Origin: an uncultured virus (IMG/VR IMGVR_UViG_3300002219_000133)
Lineage: Duplodnaviria > Heunggongvirae > Uroviricota > Caudoviricetes
DNA: 64,000 bases
IMG/VR virus record: IMGVR_UViG_3300002219_000133
Reading direction: 5' to 3' (one strand)
Positions 21,661 through 30,345 of this stretch are shown here, one piece after another. Below the pieces are notes generated by a model that was not told the DNA's origin, did no database searches, and worked only from the letters and a program-made list of their open reading frames with translations. Each line of letters begins with the position of its first letter. Position 1 is the stretch's first letter. The translations under genes were made by a program, and so were the position numbers.

Positions 21661-22599
21661 ATGAATTTAATTGATATTCAAAGAACGTCTAATGACTGGG
21701 GAATGAAATATCGTCCAAATAAATTTGAAGATATTATTTTGCCAGAAAGATATACCAATCAATTTAAAAAAGTAATAGCTCAAAAAGCTATGTGTAATTA
21801 CATTTTTTCTGGTGAACCTGGGTGTGGCAAGACATCATTGGCAATGATACTAAGCAAAGAATTAGAATATGATACGCTCTATCTAAACCTATCCAACGAC
21901 ACTGGTGTTGATGTATTAAGAAATGATATAAAATCATTTGGCATGACAGTATCATTAAATGGTGATAGAAAACTCGTAATTGCTGATGAATGTGATAGAG
22001 CTTCTCCTCAATTGAAAGATGCTTTAAAAGCTGAAATAGAAGCTATGTCAGAGAATGTTAGTTTTATCTTTATAACTAATCATATCAATGTCATTCCAGC
22101 TCCTCTTCTTTCAAGACTTCAAAAAATTGATTTCACATTTACGCCAGATGAAATTAAAACACTAAAAACGTCTATCTATAAACGAACTGTAGAAATTCTA
22201 AACCTGAATAAAGTTGAATATGAAAAAGAAGCAATTCAATTTGTTGTTAATAAAATCTTTCCAGATTTTAGAAAGATATTGAACCAACTTCAGTGCTTAT
22301 CATTTCAAGGAGCAATCACAAAAGATGTTGTCGAAACATCAATATCCGTAAATATGAAAGATTATTTTGACATACTTAAAAGAAAAAAGTATAAAGACCT
22401 AAGACAATACATTGCAAATCTTTCACTGAATCCACAGTATTTTTATTCAGAAATATTTAAAGATATTGACACTTATTTTGAAAAGGATAAACTGGCGCAG
22501 GCTATTTTAATTTTATCGAGATATAGTTATGAATCAGCTTTTGTTATAGATCATGAATTAAATTTGTGTGCTTGCTCAATGGAATTGATGCTAATTTGA
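21661..22599 (+). CDS. gp44: Clamp loader large subunit
   Basis: W.MKYRP, GEPGCGKTS, DECD, LLSRL, FPDFRK. Confidence 0.93.
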   Translation: MNLIDIQRTSNDWGMKYRPNKFEDIILPERYTNQFKKVIAQKAMCNYIFSGEPGCGKTSLAMILSKELEYDTLYLNLSNDTGVDVLRNDIKSFGMTVSLNGDRKLVIADECDRASPQLKDALKAEIEAMSENVSFIFITNHINVIPAPLLSRLQKIDFTFTPDEIKTLKTSIYKRTVEILNLNKVEYEKEAIQFVVNKIFPDFRKILNQLQCLSFQGAITKDVVETSISVNMKDYFDILKRKKYKDLRQYIANLSLNPQYFYSEIFKDIDTYFEKDKLAQAILILSRYSYESAFVIDHELNLCACSMELMLI

Positions 22600-22651
22600 A
22601 ATTATACAAAGAGGGCTTAAATATTTAAGCCCTCTTTTAAAAGGAATTAAT

Positions 22652-23050
22652 GTGGATATTTTTACAATTCTCAAAGATATTAATATTGGAAAATCATTTA
22701 ACTTGCACAATGATGCTGACTTCAATAAACAATATAATCCTTTTATGATCAATCGTTATTTGTCTATGAACCCCGAAACAGTATTAGAAGCCAATTGCAT
22801 GAATAAATATAGTCAGAATAGTAAATCGGTGCAATATTTATTTTATTCTAGTATAATTGAAAAGAAAGATAGATTTTTGAAATATCTCAAGTCCGAATCA
22901 TCAAAAGAAGATAAAGATTTGATAAAATATATTCAAAAGCTTTATCAAGTAAATAAAATAGTTGCAGAGGATATTGTTAAAACAATTCCTCAAGAAGAAA
23001 AAGACTTAATTATTGAAATGTTTGAGCAAAAAACAATAAGGAAAAGATAA
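22652..23050 (+). CDS. gp62: Clamp loader small subunit
   Basis: YNPFMINRYLS...ANCMN motif; position between gp44 and regA. Confidence 0.85.
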   Translation: MDIFTILKDINIGKSFNLHNDADFNKQYNPFMINRYLSMNPETVLEANCMNKYSQNSKSVQYLFYSSIIEKKDRFLKYLKSESSKEDKDLIKYIQKLYQVNKIVAEDIVKTIPQEEKDLIIEMFEQKTIRKR

Positions 23051-23051
23051 T

Positions 23052-23393
23052 ATGAAAAAATGGAATAATATCGTATTAGAAAATAATGGTAACGTATCAT
23101 TTAGCATAAAAAATGATACAGGAAGCTCTTTTTATAAGCACCTAGAACCAATACAACAGAGAGAATTGTTGAAAAAATTAAAATCATCTAATGATGCTAA
23201 TATTAAAAAATTTATTGACGAATTGAAAGCTGAAGATGGATATACACCATCAATAACTGTAAACTATAATAATTTTTCATTTGGAATGTATGGCGTTGAT
23301 GGTGTCATTAGTTTATCCAAAGGTGGTCCATATCCAAGCGGAGCCAAATTGGATAATTTGTTAGATATTGATGAATTCATTTCAGCTATTTAA
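23052..23393 (+). CDS. Putative internal head protein, paralogue of 24033..24371
   Basis: MKKWNNIVLE; shares D.YT..I.V..NN..FG.YG.DG and L.IDEFI with 24033. Confidence 0.55.
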   Translation: MKKWNNIVLENNGNVSFSIKNDTGSSFYKHLEPIQQRELLKKLKSSNDANIKKFIDELKAEDGYTPSITVNYNNFSFGMYGVDGVISLSKGGPYPSGAKLDNLLDIDEFISAI

Positions 23394-23397
23394 TACA

Positions 23398-23450
23398 AAA
23401 ATTCATCCTAAGTAAATAATTATAAAATCATTTTACTTAGGATGAATTTT
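23398..23450 (+). promoter_or_regulatory. Hairpin occluding the regA RBS, with a TAAATA motif at the stem/loop edge
   Basis: AAAATTCATCCTAAGTAAA ... TTTACTTAGGATGAATTTT, 19-bp arms directly before the ATG at 23451. Confidence 0.65.
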
Positions 23451-23810
23451 ATGATAAAAATAAAAATTTGCAAAGATGAAGCTATTATTATTGAAACATT
23501 AGAGAGACTTGGTATTGGTAATCGCCAAATGAAGACTATGTATCCAAGTGTTTATTTAAAACGAACTATAAATGGATATGCATTATTTCATTTTAAAGAA
23601 TTGATGGAATCAGATGGTTTAACAGTTAATATAACAGAAGAAGATATTAACAGAAGAAATAGTATCATAAAGCTTTTAGAAAAATGGAATTTGATTAAAA
23701 TTGATGATGAATCATTTCCGAAAGAATTTGAAACTGTTTTTGTATATGTATTGTCATATGTTGAGAAGGTTGAATGGAAAATAAGTCATAAGTATAGAAA
23801 AAAATTTTAA
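23442..23810 (+). CDS. regA: Translational repressor RegA (probable start 23451)
   Basis: ETLERLGIGN, HFKEL...DG, RRNSIIKLLEKWNLI, KVEWKISHKY; follows gp62. Confidence 0.9.
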   Translation: MNFMIKIKICKDEAIIIETLERLGIGNRQMKTMYPSVYLKRTINGYALFHFKELMESDGLTVNITEEDINRRNSIIKLLEKWNLIKIDDESFPKEFETVFVYVLSYVEKVEWKISHKYRKKF

Positions 23811-23824
23811 GGTGGTAGAATAAT

Positions 23825-24022
23825 ATGAAAAAGTTTTCAGAATATGTTGGAGAAAATGTTATAGACAATGGTCAATATAGAATATCAATTAAAGATGGCT
23901 CTGATATTATAACATTTGTTAATGATAACGGCGAAATTTTTATTAAATTTAATCGCGAGCCAATTCAATTAAATGCAGCGGATAGTCAAAAACTTATTAG
24001 TTGGTTTGTAAATCAATCGTAA
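23825..24022 (+). CDS. Putative internal head protein
   Basis: MKKFSEYVGE; N-terminal similarity to 37109..37372. Confidence 0.5.
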   Translation: MKKFSEYVGENVIDNGQYRISIKDGSDIITFVNDNGEIFIKFNREPIQLNAADSQKLISWFVNQS

Positions 24023-24390
24023 GGACATAAATATGAAATGGAATAAACTAGTATTAGAAGAAGCTAATAAAATATCTTTTTATAAACATCCTAGAGGTAA
24101 ATCTGGTGTATATAAAAATTTGACTGCTGCTCAGACTGATAAATTAGTTAAAAATTTAGAAGATTGGCGAGATACTGAAATAAGCAAGTTTTTGATGGAA
24201 TTAGAAACTAGTGATGATTATACCAGAACTATCGGAGTAAGATTTAATAATGTAGCATTTGGTATTTATGGACGAGATGGTATAGTTAGAATTGCTACGG
24301 GTGATATGTATTCGACAGCAAAAGTATTAAATCAATATTTGAATATCGATGAGTTTATTAATTCACTATAAGGACATAAATATGAAATGG
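24020..24390 (+). repeat. 22-bp direct repeat TAAGGACATAAATATGAAATGG at 24020-24041 and 24369-24390
   Basis: Identical stop+RBS+MKW start sequence flanks the 24033 gene. Confidence 0.85.
24033..24371 (+). CDS. Putative internal head protein, paralogue of 23052..23393
   Basis: MKWNKLVLEE; internal similarity to 23052. Confidence 0.55.
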   Translation: MKWNKLVLEEANKISFYKHPRGKSGVYKNLTAAQTDKLVKNLEDWRDTEISKFLMELETSDDYTRTIGVRFNNVAFGIYGRDGIVRIATGDMYSTAKVLNQYLNIDEFINSL

Positions 24391-24660
24391 CATCAAATAT
24401 TAATGGAAGAAAATTTTTCAATAAAAGAAAAGAAAAATAATTGGATTTTCGGAAATATTGATAAATATCGTTTTGAAGCAGAGTACACTAATCAGCCTTC
24501 GTCAATGGGTATTAACGATGGAAGAATAAGTAAATTATTTTTATTTGATAATAAAACACTAATTGCTTCTTATGAACGCGGATATGATGAAGAAATAGAT
24601 AAATCAATAATCAAAACATGGAACAAATTAATAGAATATTTGGAAAAAGAATTAGAATAA
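24382..24660 (+). CDS. Putative internal head protein
   Basis: Start reassigned to the ATG at 24382 (AAGGA RBS): MKWHQILMEE; PSSMGINDGRISKL...YERGYD domain. Confidence 0.55.
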   Translation: MKWHQILMEENFSIKEKKNNWIFGNIDKYRFEAEYTNQPSSMGINDGRISKLFLFDNKTLIASYERGYDEEIDKSIIKTWNKLIEYLEKELE

Positions 24661-24729
24661 TATAATTAAAAAAGAAAAGATTAGTATATTTTATCTATAC
24701 TAATCTTTTTTCATGAAAGGTCATTTATA

Positions 24730-25227
24730 ATGAATTTTGAATTCGCTAAAGTAAGAGAAGTAAAGTCACCATTACGTGGAACCGAAAAATCTGTTGGCAT
24801 TGATTTTTTTGTTCCGGAATTTGATGAAAAATTTGTTAGAGATTTAAAAGAAAAGAACCCAAATATTAGTATTATTGATGAAAAAATTATTCAAATTATG
24901 CCTCAAGAGCATGTTCTTATTCCATCTGGCATAAAAGTAAAACTTCCATCAAACTATTTTCTTAATGCTTTTAATAAATCAGGGGTTAGTTCAAAGAAGC
25001 AATTAATTAAAATGGCTGAAACTGTTGATGAAGATTATCAAGGTGAAGTTCACATTTCTATTCTTAATGCTGGACGAAAAATTCAGACTATTACAGAACA
25101 TGAAAAGCTTATTCAATTTATTCTTCTTCCAGCATTATATGCTAATATTATTGAAAAAGATCAAGATAGTATTTATACCAATATAACCAAACGAGGAGAT
25201 GGCGGTTTTGGATCAACAAATAAATAA
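24730..25227 (+). CDS. dut: Trimeric dUTPase
   Basis: GIDF, NKSG, TVDEDYQGE, LIQ, RGDGGFGST. Confidence 0.92.
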   Translation: MNFEFAKVREVKSPLRGTEKSVGIDFFVPEFDEKFVRDLKEKNPNISIIDEKIIQIMPQEHVLIPSGIKVKLPSNYFLNAFNKSGVSSKKQLIKMAETVDEDYQGEVHISILNAGRKIQTITEHEKLIQFILLPALYANIIEKDQDSIYTNITKRGDGGFGSTNK

Positions 25228-26386
25228 TTTAACTTGGTGTAGTATAATTCCATTGATAGGCGGTTTAACACTTGGTGCTCAGAATGTACTAAAAACGCTA
25301 CCAGAATATATAATATCCTTTGATGGATTTCAAGATAATGATAGTCACACTCTAAACCACTTTAAAAATGATAATATTCCATATCTTAATGGAGATAAAT
25401 TAGAAAATATCGATAAAGTTGATATGACCGTAATGGTTCCGCCATGTAGCGCTTTATCTAATTTAAACGTTAAAAGCGATACTGAATATGAATCAATAAA
25501 GTGGTTATACATTTCGACTAAGATAGCTATGGAGAAATGCGAAGCTAAAGTTATCATAGGAGAAAATGCTCCGGGTTTGTTTACTAAGAAGGGAAAAGCT
25601 GTCGTAGATCAACTTCATCAAATTGGTCTTGAACATGGTTATTCATTAAGTATTTTTAAAATAGATTCTAAATATTGTAATTGCCCTCAGCAAAGATTAA
25701 GATCATTTTTTGTGTTTTGGAAAGGTGATCATACATATGAATTAGAACCGAAATGCGAAATGATTAAGATAGATGATTATCTTAAAAAAACTAAGTTGAA
25801 TATGAAATATCATAATGAAAAAGAAGAAGAAGACAGACTAATTAATTCAGCTCAGTATAAGTTTATTAAATATGAAATGAAACAAGAACTTAGTCAATTC
25901 TTAGATGGTGTTGGCTTTATTCAAAGATTGTTTAAGAATAACTTAATTGATAAATTTGAACAATTTCTTATAAACAATAAATTTGATAAAGATCTAGCTT
26001 TAATAAAACATATTAAATATAAATTATCGATTGGAAAAAGTTTTTGGGATTCATATTCCATTTATGATACTCATACTAGAGGTTGCACAAACGCATTAAC
26101 GGGTAAAACGATTAAAACATTATTACATCCATATAAAGATAGATTTTTAACCAATGCTGAATTGATTGCGATTATGGGTTTACCATTTGATTATGAAATA
26201 GTTAATGATAAACTTATTCATATTACTCAAAATGTGACAGTTCAATCGGCTGAATTTATGGTTAAAGAATGTAAAAAATATTTTACAAATAATTTAAGAA
26301 AAATAAATTCTACATTAAATTATCAAGATTTAACAATAAGTGATAATATAAAACCAGAAACAATTGAGCTTAACAATTTATTTTAA
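25199..26386 (+). CDS. DNA cytosine-C5 methyltransferase-like protein
   Basis: PPCSALS (motif IV), GENAPGL (VI), PQQRLRSF (VIII), RFLT.AE...MGLP.DY (IX); atypical motif I (IPLIGG) and X (TQNV). Confidence 0.75.
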   Translation: MAVLDQQINNLTWCSIIPLIGGLTLGAQNVLKTLPEYIISFDGFQDNDSHTLNHFKNDNIPYLNGDKLENIDKVDMTVMVPPCSALSNLNVKSDTEYESIKWLYISTKIAMEKCEAKVIIGENAPGLFTKKGKAVVDQLHQIGLEHGYSLSIFKIDSKYCNCPQQRLRSFFVFWKGDHTYELEPKCEMIKIDDYLKKTKLNMKYHNEKEEEDRLINSAQYKFIKYEMKQELSQFLDGVGFIQRLFKNNLIDKFEQFLINNKFDKDLALIKHIKYKLSIGKSFWDSYSIYDTHTRGCTNALTGKTIKTLLHPYKDRFLTNAELIAIMGLPFDYEIVNDKLIHITQNVTVQSAEFMVKECKKYFTNNLRKINSTLNYQDLTISDNIKPETIELNNLF

Positions 26387-26396
26387 AGGATATATT

Positions 26397-26711
26397 ATGA
26401 ATGAGATTGCTTTTAAAGGCGAAAAAGATAGTAAAGGAAAACTTAGAGTAGATTTAGTAACGCCTGAATGTATTATTGGCATGGCTGAAGTTCTAGGAAA
26501 AGCATTAGAAAAATATACTCCAAATAGTTGGCAAAATGTGAAAGATGGTTTAAACGAGCATTACGCTGCGGTATTACGTCACCTTCTTAAATGGCGTATG
26601 GGCGAATTAGATGATGACGAAACAAAACTAAGTCATATGAAACATGTTTTAACTAATGCAATGTTTCTGTTATATCATGAAGAACATTTGTTGAGAAATA
26701 AAAATGAATAA
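26397..26711 (+). CDS. dNTP diphosphohydrolase (DUF5664 / dATP-dGTP diphosphohydrolase-like)
   Basis: K.D.GKLR.DL, KY.PNSW, AAVLRHL..W..GE..D.ET.LSH..H...NAMFL. Confidence 0.8.
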   Translation: MNEIAFKGEKDSKGKLRVDLVTPECIIGMAEVLGKALEKYTPNSWQNVKDGLNEHYAAVLRHLLKWRMGELDDDETKLSHMKHVLTNAMFLLYHEEHLLRNKNE

Positions 26712-27402
26712 AAATGAATTAATAAAATACTATAAACAATTATATCAAAAATTGATATCCGAAGATTTTATTATAGATAAATCAGGAGTTAAATTAGTTG
26801 AATTGATTGCTCCAAGATTTGAATTAGATCCAAACGAAGATTTAATTGATATTGAAATTCGTTCTAGTAATGCTAAATATGTGTTACAAGAATTAGATTG
26901 GTATTTGAGTAATGAATTGCATATTAATCGTGTTAATAATGTACGGATATGGAAAGAATGCGCAGATAATAATCAAGAAATAAATTCAAACTATGGTTAT
27001 TTGGTTTTTGGTAGAGGAAATTTTAATCAATTTAATCACTGTTTGCAGACATTATTAAATCATAATGAATCAAGACAAGCTATTGTTATTTATAATCGTC
27101 CATCGATTCATTATGAAGCAAATAGTTTTAATTGTAAAGACTTTATTTGCACTATGTTTCAACAGTTTTTTATTCGAAATAATAAATTAGAAACTATTAC
27201 TAGTATGAGATCTAATGACTGTATTTTTGGCGCGTTTAACGATATTCCATGGTTCCATTATGTTATTAAAAAAATGAAAGAAGAATTAAATAATAATGGA
27301 CTTAATATTGAATTGGGACAGCATATATTTATTCCTAATTCTTGGCATTGTTATGAGCGTCATTTTGATATTTTAAGAAAAATCGGAGAACAATGTGAAT
27401 AA
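26704..27402 (+). CDS. gp42: dCMP hydroxymethylase (T4 gp42 family, thymidylate-synthase fold)
   Basis: DFIIDKSGVK, ELDWY, EINSNYG, SRQAIVIYNRPS, DFICT (catalytic Cys), MRSNDCIFGAFND (Asp at the dCMP-specificity position), H.YERHF; all co-linear with T4 gp42. Confidence 0.88.
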   Translation: MNKNELIKYYKQLYQKLISEDFIIDKSGVKLVELIAPRFELDPNEDLIDIEIRSSNAKYVLQELDWYLSNELHINRVNNVRIWKECADNNQEINSNYGYLVFGRGNFNQFNHCLQTLLNHNESRQAIVIYNRPSIHYEANSFNCKDFICTMFQQFFIRNNKLETITSMRSNDCIFGAFNDIPWFHYVIKKMKEELNNNGLNIELGQHIFIPNSWHCYERHFDILRKIGEQCE

Positions 27403-27802
27403 ATTTGATAATTTGTATATGGATATTGCAATTCGAATAAGCCAGATGAGTTTTTCTAATAGATCAAAAGTTGGTGCTGTAATAGTTAAAGAGAATAATA
27501 TCGTTGCTTTTGGTTGGAATGGAATGCCATCTGGCTTTTCTAATTCTTGTGAAGATGAAAATAATAATACACACGACGAAGTTATTCATGCTGAAGAAAA
27601 TGCCATTTGTAAAGCTGCTAAACAAGGAATATCATTAAAAGACTCAACATTATATTTAACATTGAGTCCGTGTCCACATTGCGCAAAACTAATTATTCAA
27701 AGCGGAATAAAAAATGTTATTTATTTAGAAGAATATCGTATTAATAAGTGGATTGAATTTTTAAAAGAGTGTAATATTAATGTGAGGCATTATGATAATT
27801 GA
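27395..27802 (+). CDS. cd: dCMP deaminase
   Basis: KVGAVIV, GWNG, HAEENAI, LSPCPHCAKLI. Confidence 0.92.
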   Translation: MNKFDNLYMDIAIRISQMSFSNRSKVGAVIVKENNIVAFGWNGMPSGFSNSCEDENNNTHDEVIHAEENAICKAAKQGISLKDSTLYLTLSPCPHCAKLIIQSGIKNVIYLEEYRINKWIEFLKECNINVRHYDN

Positions 27803-28364
27803 ACATAGAATAAATACAATTGGAGAATTAAAAAATGTTGATAAAAGTAACGGAATAGAAGTTGATATAAGATATGATTCTAGTGTTAAAGATGTCGTTC
27901 TTACACATGATATTAACTTTACCCATAATAATACCTTAAATGATTTTTTACATTATTATAACCACGCGTTAATAATATTTAACATTAAATCTAGTTTGTG
28001 CGAAGAGTATTGTATTCGATTAATGGAAAAGTTCAATATAAAAAACTACTTATTTCTCGATTCTCAAATTCCAGATATCATTAAATATGCTAAGCTGGGA
28101 TATGGGGATAAATTCATAACACGTATATCTAAATTTGAAACATATAATAAAAATTTAGTTTCATTGGCATCGAAGTATATATGGGTCGACACATTTGGTG
28201 AAGCGGATATTTCTTTCATAAATCAAAATGATAATCATGACTATATTTTTGTTTCTCCAGAATTGCATAAAAAAGATGAAAATATTGTTATATTAAAAGA
28301 AATGATAAAACAAAAATTTGATGTTTATCATGTTTGTACTGATTTTAAAAATTACTGGACATAA
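27792..28364 (+). CDS. GDPD/PLC-like phosphodiesterase-fold protein
   Basis: HRIN, GIEVDIR, LTHD, NIK, WVDTF, VSPELH, VCTD. Confidence 0.7.
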   Translation: MIIEHRINTIGELKNVDKSNGIEVDIRYDSSVKDVVLTHDINFTHNNTLNDFLHYYNHALIIFNIKSSLCEEYCIRLMEKFNIKNYLFLDSQIPDIIKYAKLGYGDKFITRISKFETYNKNLVSLASKYIWVDTFGEADISFINQNDNHDYIFVSPELHKKDENIVILKEMIKQKFDVYHVCTDFKNYWT

Positions 28365-28367
28365 TAC

Positions 28368-29684
28368 ATGTTTGATTTAAGCTTTATAGTTAAAAACAAA
28401 AAATTGTTAATAATAGATATTGATGACACAGTTTTGTCATATCAAAAAGCTCATGCTATTGCATTGAACGAAACGCTATCAAAATACAATTTTACAATTG
28501 ATGAATATAACAATAGTAAAGAATTAGTTAAGAAATTTATTAAGGGTGTTAATCAACATAAAAAAGAACTTTATTTTAAAAAAATGGTTGAAGATTCAAA
28601 CCATGATTATTCATTAGTACTCGAATTAACGAAAACATATAACTATTATTTATTTAAACACTTGGTGCTTGATGTATCAATAAAAAACTTATTAATTTAC
28701 TGCAAAAATAATAATATTAACATTTGCGCGTTATCCAATTTTTATTCATTAGATCAAATCAAAAAATTGAAAAAATTAAACATACTTCAATATTTTAATC
28801 ATATAATAACCAGTGAAGATATTGATATAGAAAAGCCAAGTCCATTCATTTATTCATTTATATTAGAAAAATTTAATCTTAAATATAATGATGCAATTAT
28901 GATTGGTGATTCAATAGTTGATATGCCATCATTCGGCATCGATTATTATCCATATAATTGTAACAATTTATTTTTTGCTATTTGTGGAAAATCTGGTTGC
29001 GGAAAATCTACACTAGCCATGCTATTAAAAGAAATATTTGGGGCAACAATTATTGAAGGCGATAATTATCATAAATATGAACGAAATAGCGATATGTATA
29101 AAATAATGACTCATTATGATTATAGAGCTAATAATATTGATAAAATGAATGACGATATTCGTAAGTTATTTTATTTAAAAAATATTTTATTGGCTCAATA
29201 TGATCATACAACTGGAAAATTCAATAATATATCTGAAGTTAAATATAATGACAAAATAATTTTTGAAGGTTTGCACTGGTTAAATTCAATTGAGACAAAT
29301 AAGTTTTTTAAATTTAAAATATTCATAAATAATTTTCATAGTGATGAAAATAAAATTAAGCGAGATACAAGATATCGAAACAAAACTAAAGAAACAGTAA
29401 TAGATTCAATCAATGCTCGTAGTAACGATTATGATAAGTTTATTTATATTCAAAATAAATGTAGTAATATGATATTCAATTATAATGAAACCGAACTAGA
29501 AATTGTTTTTACAAATGAATTTAATTTTGACATATTAAAAGCTATTTTTGAAAAATTAAATAATAATGTTATAATAGAACAAAATCAATTCAAAGTACGT
29601 TATTCAATTGCAAATAATATTCGTGAATATCGTTCGGTTATAGTTAAATTATTTAATTTGCTAAAAAGGAACATCTATGAATAA
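28368..29684 (+). CDS. HAD phosphatase fused to a phosphoribulokinase/uridine-kinase-like P-loop kinase
   Basis: HAD motifs DIDDT, LSN, EKP, MIGDSIVD; then GKSGCGKST, GDNYHKYER, YDHTTGKF, FEGLH. Confidence 0.8.
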   Translation: MFDLSFIVKNKKLLIIDIDDTVLSYQKAHAIALNETLSKYNFTIDEYNNSKELVKKFIKGVNQHKKELYFKKMVEDSNHDYSLVLELTKTYNYYLFKHLVLDVSIKNLLIYCKNNNINICALSNFYSLDQIKKLKKLNILQYFNHIITSEDIDIEKPSPFIYSFILEKFNLKYNDAIMIGDSIVDMPSFGIDYYPYNCNNLFFAICGKSGCGKSTLAMLLKEIFGATIIEGDNYHKYERNSDMYKIMTHYDYRANNIDKMNDDIRKLFYLKNILLAQYDHTTGKFNNISEVKYNDKIIFEGLHWLNSIETNKFFKFKIFINNFHSDENKIKRDTRYRNKTKETVIDSINARSNDYDKFIYIQNKCSNMIFNYNETELEIVFTNEFNFDILKAIFEKLNNNVIIEQNQFKVRYSIANNIREYRSVIVKLFNLLKRNIYE

Positions 29685-30345
29685 AACTGAAGCTACAAAA
29701 TACTATAAAAAATTGCAATCATTGGTGAGCAATTTATTTGATTCGCCTAGCATTGGCGGAAACATATCTGTAAAATATGATGACAAAATGTTAATAAAAT
29801 CTTCTGGTTCTAATTTAAAAAATGAAACAAAAATATCTATAATGAATAATGAAACAGACATGAATTTAAATAAGATTAAGCCATCTATGGAATATTCATT
29901 TCATAAAATTATACCATACAAATTTGTGCTGCACTATCATCCGATTTATCTTATGCCTTATCTCTGTTCTAATCATAAATTCGATTTACCTTTTAAATTT
30001 AAAATACTCGATTATCATATGCCAGGCGTTGAATTAGCAGGAGCTATTTTAAATAATTCCAAATATAATATTTATCTATTAAAGAATCACGGCATAATTC
30101 TTTGCCACAATGATATAGAACAAATTGAAGAAATGTATCGTTATATTAAAGAAAAATTTATTTCAATCTTAAAATTTAATGATTATATTTCTCCAGATGA
30201 TGTTATATTAAATAATGATATTGAAGTAATTCTTTATCATTGGGCAATAAGGGGATTATCAAATAACATCATATATTTAAATGATAATGATGTTAATGAT
30301 TTAAATTCAAATTCAGATGAAAAATATAGGAAAAATTTAATATGA
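29677..30345 (+). CDS. Class II aldolase / AraD-type sugar-phosphate epimerase family
   Basis: GGNISVK, IKSSG, KPSME..FH, LHYHP, LLKNHGII (Zn-binding histidines). Confidence 0.82.
   Translation: MNKTEATKYYKKLQSLVSNLFDSPSIGGNISVKYDDKMLIKSSGSNLKNETKISIMNNETDMNLNKIKPSMEYSFHKIIPYKFVLHYHPIYLMPYLCSNHKFDLPFKFKILDYHMPGVELAGAILNNSKYNIYLLKNHGIILCHNDIEQIEEMYRYIKEKFISILKFNDYISPDDVILNNDIEVILYHWAIRGLSNNIIYLNDNDVNDLNSNSDEKYRKNLI

Noticed and set aside
26397..26711. Z-genome (2-aminoadenine) or 7-deazaguanine system suggested by the DUF5664-like gene
   Set aside because: No PurZ, DpdA, FolE or QueC/D/E is recognisable in the window; the context is cytosine modification.
26704..27402. Ordinary thymidylate synthase or dUMP hydroxymethylase
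   Set aside because: It is co-linear with T4 gp42, has Asp rather than Asn at the specificity position, and ThyX is encoded separately. I cannot distinguish hydroxymethylase from hydroxylase activity by eye.
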